A stretch of DNA of 64,000 nt, taken from contig JAAOMT010000591.1 in the NCBI GenBank assembly GCA_016748015.1, forward strand, positions 959,007-1,023,006, in the 5' to 3' direction. The translations under genes and the position numbers were made by a program. Under the pieces are notes generated by a model that saw only the letters and a list, made by a program, of their open reading frames with translations, had not been told where the DNA came from and made no database searches. This DNA comes from Geosiphon pyriformis uo1 (lineage: Eukaryota > Fungi > Glomeromycota). Positions 54,745-64,000 of the stretch are shown piece after piece. Within the stretch, counting starts at the first letter, position 1. Each line of letters opens with the position of its first letter.

Positions 54745-57700
54745 TTTTTTTTTTTTTTTTTTTTAAAACTGTTTAATGAGTGAAATCCAACCACTATTTA
54801 GTACATAGAACCAGACTAAGTGGCTTAAACTAAATGCAACTCATGCACTTTCTATATGTGGCTAGCCATTCAGGCCAGACAAGACAACACTATGCACTAA
54901 CATGAATACAAGAACTATCATCCAAACTCCCAAAAAAAAGGCAAGGCTTGTGACAGCCAAAACCAATAGCAAAAGACTCAGCAATGCTAAGCAACCTAAC
55001 CACACTGTCAGAAAGCACAAAAAACATATCACGTAATAAACCCGACACCAAGCTACTATCACCGACCAAGCCAGCTCTCTCCATGTCTGACCTAAACTTA
55101 GATCTAACTAACCACACCCTAGAACAATACAACTTAACTAAGAACCTTACAAAATCAACAACTACACAGGAAGCTTTCTTAACATCATTGAAAACACCAG
55201 CCACTTCAGTACACCAACTCTTCATCACAAATTCCTTACACAAAACCAAATATTTGTCAATATCTAAAAGGCAAGAATTAAGAACCTAAAGAACAGAAGA
55301 AAAAAACAGATTGCAAATGCCAACCAGAAAAACCCAATGTGCAGAAGCCTTTAATAGAATCTCCTTACGAGTGTAAGCATCTTGTAGACAAGAGAAAACA
55401 TGGTCAGGCAACTTCACCTCTTCACACAACAAGCATTGAACACCTGGATAATATCTATCATACAACTTTTTCCTGACTGCTACTGGCAATCTTTTGTGCA
55501 AAGCCTTTATTAAATACATATAAAGATCTGCCAATTTTCAGCTAGTAAACCCAGCAAGCATGTGTGAGTCAGGATGCCAGACTCTTATAGTAGCAATCCA
55601 ATCAAAATCCCCCAATATGTCAACAGAGACCACATTACAGCCCAGACCAGCTTTCCAACGAACATGACAAACAGACTTAAATAAATCCCTAATGAAATGA
55701 CAAGCATTGCCTAAGACCACAGTGTCTTTAGCCACTAAAAAATGTTTACGGATCCTTACTGGTAAAACATAGGAAGAGTCAGCAGTCTTATCTGCAAATC
55801 TGTTAGCTTTTACATTATCAGGAACACCAGCATGACCTCTGACCTTGGCCCAACTCACACTAAGATCCTTATCCCTAATCAAATTAAAAACATGCCTATG
55901 CTTGACCCAACAGCAGTTGTGGAAAACTGGAATCTCAGATGACAACTCAGAAACACATGCATCAATAGCAGCTTGACTGTCAAGAAACAAGAGCACTAAA
56001 CAAAAAGATAGAACACATTCCAAAGCAAGAGCAATAGCCTGCAACTCGACCATAGTAGAAGATAAAAGACCACGAACCCTAATACCAATGCTTAAATCCA
56101 AAGCCGGGAAATATACAGTGGCATCACTTAACACATTAGCAGAACCAGCACTCATCAATGACTCATCCATGTAAACCTCAAAACGGTTAGACCAGACCTC
56201 ATGTAAACTATCCCACACAAAGGAAAACACATCAAACTCCAAAATGTTCAAACCACAAGAATGAGCAGTGCCAGAAGAACCAGAGGAGAAAAAACCCTTA
56301 TCCAGCAAATACTTAGAAGCAGCCACAAACCAAAGAGACACTGGGCCCCATAGATCTAACTATTTTCAATGACAAAAAGTCTTCCAATTCAACAGAACAC
56401 CCTTTTTATCGAAGATCTGATCTTCAAAAGCAACACTATAACATTTAAGAGACCGAACAAAATCAAAGTACAAAGACTCCCCAAGAATCAAAGACATCAG
56501 AAAATGACCAGGATGACGAAAAGCATTAGGGAGGTTGTTCACCAAAGAGAGACTATTGTCCAAAAAAATCTTCACAACACCTGCCAAAAAATTGTTCACT
56601 GGACTAACATGCAGCTTGACAGGAGCTTGAAGAGAATTCAAGGAAGCCCACCTCTGAACTTGCAAGTCCAGACACCTATGTTCAAACAAGTGACCAAGAA
56701 TGCCAGAGGCATTAGAAAAAAAAATTAAAGAGGCCACTTTTGCCTCAAATTGCATTTGCTCAAAAAACTTCAAGCCATATAGAAAGGGGTGATACAGAGC
56801 AGCATTAGAGAAATTGTGGGGTAGATGTGTCTTGGACTTGAAACCCTTCTTAACCAAAATGTCTCACTTGCAGCAAACACCAGATGAAACAAAACTGAAC
56901 TGTGTTCGGTAACTAACAATAGGCTGTAAAACAGCCAAGACCAAATAAGAAAATTGTTTATTCGTAATTGCTTTCTTTAGCACTGTGTGGACAAAAAAAC
57001 GAACATCTGAGTGAGCCTTGGCCAAACTTGGTTTGGACAACCTTTCAGTTGATAAAAAAATATCCAAATATCTGTAAGCCTTGTCTTTCTTGGCAATAGA
57101 GATCAGCTGACCACTTATACTTAAAGAAGCAAACCTAACATCCTGATTAATTGGTATAGCCACTGTTTTTTCATTGTTTATAGAGATGTCATTGATAGAG
57201 AAGAAATCATTAACAATATTCAAAGCATACTGCATGGAAAATTGGCAATCCCCAACCCAAATCATATCATCCACAAAAGCACCAGCAGCAAAGAATGAAG
57301 ACATTTCACCACTATTCTCAATTTTGCTAGTTTTTGCCACAAACTTTGTATCAATACAATATCCACACAAATGTTCATGTCTTTTAACTTCACATAAGAG
57401 CAGGTCATAGAAGATATGTCAAAGAAAAGGCGAAAAGACCTCACTCTGATCAAGACCATTATGTACCCTGTAATCATTTGAGAGACCAAAATCAGTCATC
57501 ACCCTATTAACTCTGTCCTCATAAATCCCACCAAAAAATTCAACAAATCTGTCACACATCTTGATATGACGCAGGCTAGCTCTTAAGTAGTGCCAACCAA
57601 CAAAATCATACACCTTGTGCATATCTTACAACACCAACCAAAGTTCCCTATTTTTTTCAAGAGCATTCTTCACTACCGATCCAACAGCAAACACAGGAAA

Positions 57701-60700
57701 TTGAGTGGAAGTACCCTTCAGCACTGAGAAATTGTCACCATGGAGAATGTTAAACTTGCTGTACACAAACAAAATCCTGTCTGAAAGAATCTTTCTGGCC
57801 ATTTCAATTAAGGCAATAGGGCAAGTATTTGTTAGAACCCCATCTCAATCATAAGGTTTCGGAATCATTGAGATCCAGGCTCTCTTCCACAAAGCAGGCA
57901 TAAAACCAACAGACAGACACACATTCAACAACACCAAGAGGCATTCCATCATCTTCTCACCACTATGCTTCCAAAGTTTGTTAGTGATGCCAAACAACTC
58001 AGCAGCTTTACCATCAGACAGACCACCAATGACCAGGAGCAATTCATTTAAACTAACAGCATTCATAACACCAGAAAAAGTGTCATCTCTAACATGGGCC
58101 AAAGGGGCATATTGACAGGCCCAAAGATCAGGCAGCACTGAAAACACCATCTGCTTCCTTGTCCAACCCTCTATAATCCTGTCAATTTTCAACTTTACCT
58201 CCTTAGGCTCCAAAACAAGCTCATCATCAACCACTAAATAATCCAACACTACCTTCCGAAATGGCCAACCTAAAACACTCCTGATTATGCTGCCCTTGTT
58301 AGAGCAAAACTTTTCTATGCACTTTTTAATAGCCTTTCTGTGCCAATTTTGATTTATATATCTTGGATTTTTTGTATTCTCTTCTAACAACCAATAAGAA
58401 CTTAAGAACGTCAGCCTTTTTTCGACCAGAATCAACCATGTCCACCAACACAAGAGCCTTATCAGCATCCAACATAGACCATTTCTTCACCAGACAGTCA
58501 AAATCAAAGGTATCAGCTGAGCCTAATTTTTTAACAATTTTGACAATTAGCAACTTTAAACCCAGAAATTTAAAAGATTGTTTATTTTTTGAACAATAAA
58601 ACTCATTAAACTAGTGCCAGGAAAATGTCACATTTGCAGAATTCATTATAATTTTTTCCAACAGAGACCACATAACATCCAAATCATGATCAGCAGCAGT
58701 GGCATGAAAACTATCCATAATATCTAAAACCACAGCAGAGGAGCAGTCTCTGAAACAAAACCATTTAGCTTCATCTGCATTCTTAATATTAAACTTCCAA
58801 TGATCCTTGTTAGCATGCTTATGCAAACTATTCAAATAAACATTTAAAAGCCCACCCAATCTGACTGAAACCATAACAGTACTGTGATCAGTATCGAAAA
58901 AGCCTGAGACAGAGCTTACCCCATGGTTAGCAACAGCAAAAGCTAAATTTTCACTAACAAAAATGAAATCAATAGTTTTCTCAATCCCCCTAGAATTATC
59001 CCATGTAGGAGCTTCAACTAAAAAATGACCAGTGAACGAATTGACCAAACCCAAACTCAAGCAGAACTTAAAGCTTGCACTCCTCCCAGATCTATTTTTG
59101 TTAAAGTTTTTGCCCAGAATGACAAAAGTGCTAGAGTTAACAGCCTTAGCAATAAGAGAGTTAATCTCAGAAGCCTAACCAAAACAGACTCCGGGAGAGG
59201 CACCAGCATACAAACCAACAACAGAAACCAAAAGCTTGTTTTTGAACAAAAGCCACACCACAACAATCTGGCCAGGCATCTTCTTAATCTTAAAAACATG
59301 ATGAGCCAAAGAATTGTTCATGATAATGGCAACACCAGTGCCAAGAAAACCAACCTCCAAACCAGAAGTAAAGATATGAACACCATCATATTTACTCTTG
59401 ATCTATGGATGAATAGAAGACCTCAACTTAGTCTCAGTAATAAAAGACATCATATTCCCAGAATTTACATGCCAGCGAACAATGTCTGCTTGTTTCACAG
59501 AAACATTGATATCCCGAACATTGCATGTAGCAAATTTTCAGACCAACTCAATCATTGAAAAGGAAAAGATACAACTGAACCTGAACCAGAACACAAGAGA
59601 TCCAATTTTGCCAACACAAAACCAACTGATGCTTCCAAAGCTGACAACTTAGATTCCAAAACCACTGACCTTAGAGGTCAGAATCTTTGAACTACTTGGG
59701 CCAAGCTCAGCAACAGCGCCATCAGAAACCAGATGAGAAGAGTCAGAAGAGGGCAACAGAGTGTCCACAGCCATATTCAAACCAGAAATTGGAACATCAA
59801 ATGCAAAAATCTTCAATGGAAAGACATGGGAGGGGGCTGCCAATAGCACCAACTCAACACCACTCAATCTCTTCAGAATGTCAGAGACTTGATCAGTTAA
59901 AAGCTCCAAAAAACATTCCAATACTGCCAAACAGTTATTCAGACCAGAAACATCACGAGAAAAAGAATCTACTGAGAGGACTTTTGTACCAGAGGATGTA
60001 TCAGCATTATGAAGACCTGAAGACACCACATGAGAGGAAGAGCCACCAGCAATTTGGGCCCATGTCTTGCCACCAAAAGAAACTGGATGAGCAACAGGAG
60101 CCAATTTTTTTTATAAATCCCAGCCAGACAAACACAATCCTGATCAGTCACCACTCGCCTCCCACAACTGCCAGAATTTCCATCCACTGAACAATTACCA
60201 CCAATATGACCAAAATACTTGCAAATTACACAACAAGCCAAGGAAAGACCAGCCCAGTGCAAATTTACGCTCCTAAAAACCGGAACTGAACCAGTCATAG
60301 CCAACTTGGCTGCCTTATTTTCAAAACAAACAACTGCACACCTATTACGAACATATGAATTTGAATTGTAACCAATGAAGCACATTTTTCCATTATAAAA
60401 CATCAGCAAATCAAAAAAGTCATGAGCTGTGGTTATCACAAGCAGTATATAAAGCAAGGCTCAATGCTGATTTCTTGATACCCATATTTGTTTATTCTCA
60501 ACAGCCAATGTTACACAAATTGAATTCTTATCCATAGGAACAAACCACATAGATGCAACCGAACTGGCTATTTCTGATAAATCAAACTTCACTAGAGCTT
60601 TTTGCCACAAGCCAATAAGCTGCATTTTGATTAAAATGATCTTGCCAAATTTGGAAAAAACTGATTCCACAGCCAATTTTGGAAGATTGACCAGAATCTC

Positions 60701-61640
60701 CTTGACAATTATCTCCCGATTCGAACAAATATTTGTTTTTCTCAGATTATTATTAACTAAAATCTTCCCATTGACAGCCAATTCTCTAGCCTTATTCAGA
60801 CTGATTTCAGAAATAAAAAAGAATCTGATGATCCCAGGAAACTTTGAGAGAGTAGAGGCTCCCCCAAAACCATCTACTCGATAAAAAATTTTTTTAATTG
60901 AAATTAGCTTATCACTATTAGTCTTTTTAGGCACATTTAACAACTTTACATTCAAGGCAAACAATTTAACTGGTTCAAAGGTGCAACGTTCCAAAACACG
61001 TAAAATTACAGGTGGCAGCTGATTGAATCCAGCAAATTTAGCTCCAGAAAGCACTAATTCAGTATCATTGTCACTCATGCTTGCAAAGGAAATTGCTTTT
61101 GGCGGCCATTCCAAAATGAAGGTTCTTGTTTGCATTTTCCTAGGAGTCACATCATCTTTCATTTTATCAGTCTCGGAAGCATTGGGATTCATGTAACTCA
61201 TTTCCTTAGCAATTGTGCTTTCCAAATTCTCAACATCTGACACTTTACTAACACCTGCTTCCTCACTATCCACCTTGCTTCCTCAAGATCTCTGCAGCCC
61301 AACACCATCACTATGTAGCATACCCACTGAGAGCAGACCATCTGACAAGTCCATAATACCACTAAAAACACCAGGCAACTTTGTTTTTTTGTATGAAAGA
61401 CCACACAAATATACACTTTCAATGTGCACTTTAATTTTTTTGCTGCCAGACCGGGACCCCAACCCAGCCAAATTTGAACTCAAAGCGCCAGCAGAAGAGT
61501 CCACTGGATCTATAGGCACAAATAGAGGTATGTTTGAAGAAATAATGAAAGGGACAAAAGAAAAAAAGGGTAAGAAAGACTATCTCTTTGACAATTCCAA
61601 GCTCTCATTGTGGTCAGGGGATCAATAAAAGAAAGAGTTA
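54745..61640 (-). mobile_element. Near full-length inactivated LINE: ORF1 plus ORF2 (APE endonuclease, RT, RNase H, zinc finger), 3' UTR, poly-A
   Basis: Endonuclease ATCNVRDIN..TETKL..TIDFIF..TDH; RT IPKPYD, GLDQSEVFSP, AFVDD, YRYLDI; RNase H VYMDES/ELQAI/DSQA/KVRGHAGVPDN; T-run 54745-54764; many stops and frameshifts. Confidence 0.95.
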
Positions 61641-61659
61641 TTGAATTTTTTAAGAAATT

Positions 61660-62443
61660 TAATTTTGGTTTTTTATTTTTTTATTTAACACATTTAATGA
61701 GTGTAGTCCAATCACTATCTAGTACATAGAGCCAAACTAAGAGGCTCAAACTAAACACGACTCACACACTTTCTACATGTGGCTAGCCATTCAGACCAGA
61801 CAAGGCAATACTACACACCTATAACAACCTGCACACTACCACCCAGACCAGAAAAAAAACAATAAGGCTTCTGACAACCAAAGCTAACAGCAAAAGAATT
61901 GGCCACACCAAGCAATCTTACAACACCATCAGACAAAACTGAAGACACACTGTGAGAAAGTCCAGAAACAACACCACTATCACAAACCAGACCAGCCTTC
62001 TCCATCACTACCTGGTGGCTGGCCCTAGCCAACCACGTTTTAGCACAATGTAACTCAACCACAAACCTGACATAATCAACAATCTGAGTAGCTGCCACCT
62101 TCCTATCCTTAAAAATACTGCAAGCTTCCTCATATCACTCCCTCAGCACAAACCCTTTGCAAACCAAAGTGTACAACTCAACATCAAAGGAATATTGAGA
62201 CAAAACTCGCAACACGGCAGAAGCAGGGGAACCACCAGCCAAAGCTGACCAATGGGCAGAAGCCTTAGCCAAAATCTTGCCACGAATGCCAGACTCATGA
62301 ACACAAGTAAAAGCGTGGTCAGAGAACTCCACCCCACCATAAAACAAACATAATACACTAGAGTAGTGCTTATTATACAACCTTTTTCTTACCACTACTG
62401 GCAATCTTCTGTGCACAGCCTTCATAATATAAATGCAAAGCAT
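61660..62443 (-). mobile_element. LINE 3' fragment cut off by an LTR
   Basis: MKAVHRRLPV..RKRLY and SFAVSFGCQKPYCFFSGLGG C-terminus; tail at 61693-61813; ends abruptly at TGTTAC 62444. Confidence 0.9.
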
Positions 62444-63426
62444 TGTTACCGGAGGTTTTTGGTCTCTTTTCTGTAATGTTGTTGATACTTATTTACTGTG
62501 AATTCACGTTTTCTGGATGTGGTTGAACCTCCAGTAACTGAATTTATCTTCAAATTATCTCCTATAATTTGAACTTGCTGGGCTTATGAGTGAAATGGCC
62601 AATTCTGTGCCAGTTGCTTTATGTAGTTATGTTGTAGTAAACGTTAACTCTTTCCCAGGAATTGCTCATCTGGAAGCTCACTAAAAAAATGTGTAGTTAC
62701 TTTGCTGTGAAAGTCAACTCTTCTACAGGAATCTTGTCTGTAGGCTACCCTAATGATTATAATAAGAAAAGAAAAGAAAATAAAAAAAGTATAAAAGAAA
62801 TAGGATTTTATCAAGGGAAACATTTTCTATTCAGGCCTGGAGTCACTAACAGTTTACTGAAATTGGTAGCTAATCAATTTCAAAACGTTAGTTGGGTTTT
62901 TGGGGATTTTCCAAGTGCAATAATTAAAGAATTTGGTTTTTCGAATTATTTGATATTTATTTCTTTTTGTGTGGGTAGGAATGGTTCTAAGTGATAAATC
63001 TAAAGTAAGATACATTTTTTTGAAGAGAGAAGCTCTTCTTTTATACAACTTGTTGTAACACTATTCTATGAACTTGAACTTTGCTATTTTCTACAATTTT
63101 GCTGAACTAAAGATACATTTTGGCAAACTACAAGTTATTTCGGCAAACTATTAGATATTTCAGTGAATTATCAATTATTTCGACAAATTTCTACAAATTT
63201 TGGCGAACTTCTGAATGTTACATAGTTCGGGGTATTGCATGATTGATCATCGCAATTAGGTTACATTTGTGTTGTGTACAATTTGAGTTATTAATTAAAT
63301 GATGATTTCGGACATTTTTTGCTAATGTAATAAGTAATCATTTGAAATGATAATATATGCTAATTAATGATAGGAATTATAAGATAATTTCATGCTAAAT
63401 AATATCTCTAATTTTGTCTAGTAACA
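62444..63426 (-). mobile_element. 3' LTR (~983 bp) of a probable Ty3/gypsy retrotransposon
   Basis: TGTTAC...GTAACA inverted termini; polypurine tract GAGGAGAAGG (63430-63439, minus strand) 3 nt before the LTR start. Confidence 0.7.
63097..63212. repeat. Six imperfect ~20-bp tandem repeats (core TTTYGGCRAACT) inside the LTR
   Basis: ttttgctgaacta, ttttggcaaacta, tttcggcaaacta, tttcagtgaatta, tttcgacaaattt, ttttggcgaactt at ~20-bp spacing. Confidence 0.7.
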
Positions 63427-63880
63427 TAACCTTCTCCTCAAGACTGAGCTCCGTCAAAGTCCAAGTACTGTTTGTTATTTCCAGATAATAATCCAAAATT
63501 ATTGAAGAAATTTGGTCTGAAAATTGTTGAAATTTCAGTTCTGTGAGCTTTCCAATATATTGAATCTTCAAAGGTTGAAAAATTGGGTTTTGTAGTACGT
63601 GTTCACAGGTGTGGAATAGGTTATAAAGTCTAAGGGCAGCTCTAAGCCTGTAGTGACTGTTTGTTGATCCAGCTGTTGTCTTGAATTTGTTGTGGAGTTG
63701 TTTCTGAATAGCTTCTTTTATGAGGTTTGCTGTTGTAAGTTCCAGTTTCCATTCGTAGAGTGTTTTTCCAATGTGAAAATATCTATAGATTGGAGGATAT
63801 TCAGTGTTTTCCTCCTTGAGACACAGTTGAAGTTTTTGTTGAATTGTAGCATTTGGTGGAATACTAATCGGAGTGAGCAT
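63395..63880 (-). CDS. Unknown 161-aa helical protein at the 3' end of the LTR element
   Basis: Uninterrupted ORF running through the polypurine tract into the LTR; no integrase, chromodomain or transmembrane motif recognised. Confidence 0.55.
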   Translation of the reverse strand: MLTPISIPPNATIQQKLQLCLKEENTEYPPIYRYFHIGKTLYEWKLELTTANLIKEAIQKQLHNKFKTTAGSTNSHYRLRAALRLYNLFHTCEHVLQNPIFQPLKIQYIGKLTELKFQQFSDQISSIILDYYLEITNSTWTLTELSLEEKVMLLDKIRDII

Positions 63881-64000
63881 TAGGTTTTCTCTTAAAACAA
63901 GCTTTAAAAGTTCTGGCAGGTGAATTCCAGTATAACTTCTTGTGTTCTTTTTATACGGGTGATATTTTCGTGAATTTGGGGCTAAATTTGTAACTACTTC

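Noticed and set aside
54772-54892. LINE tail as a hammerhead ribozyme (CUGA...GAAA)
   Set aside because: The core reads CUGAAUGG/CUGAGUAA rather than CUGANGA, and the stem geometry does not fit.
56369-61628. Plus-strand ORFs antisense to the LINE
   Set aside because: Explained by the C/A-rich strand bias of the element; no motifs.
62444-63060. Shorter solo LTR ending at GTAACA 63060
   Set aside because: Flanks differ (agcat vs ctatt) and there is no polypurine tract; the 63426 end has one.
63097-63212. Short spaced repeats as a CRISPR-like array
   Set aside because: Eukaryotic LTR context, degenerate ~12-bp cores, ~8-bp spacers, no cas genes.

Overview
This is eukaryotic, intron-rich, AT-rich fungal DNA. 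The gene content, short GT-AG introns and transposon families suggest an early-diverging fungus, probably Glomeromycotina/Mucoromycota (inference). Positions 1-42.7 kb form a compact island of housekeeping genes: dynactin p62, GON7, a Slt2/Mpk1-type MAPK, TSR2, CCA1, TMEM70-like, NOP14, an HMG-box protein, RIO2, RPN6, COX10, CENP-T-like, a divergent Hus1-like clamp subunit, MRP49-like and UGGT. The island is interrupted by extreme AT deserts and by a hairpin-rich, CpG-retaining, apparently non-coding ~1.4-kb locus that contains a 603-bp assembly duplication around an N gap. Positions 42.9-64 kb are a transposon graveyard: a Ginger/KRBA2-like relic, several RNase H-bearing LINEs, ORF1-only (HAL1-like) elements sharing the LINE 3' tail, and the 3' end of an LTR retrotransposon with an extra ORF. 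Three signals stand out. (1) One element family is present in three decay stages, showing the AT deserts are transposons erased by both-strand C->T hypermutation with an apparent TpC, not CpA, bias. (2) ORF1-only retroelements carry a conserved, covarying structured 3' tail. (3) There is a candidate long structured ncRNA on the minus strand. Multi-exon genes are given as start-to-stop spans; transposon boundaries are approximate. All homology calls come from recalled family motifs, not database searches.
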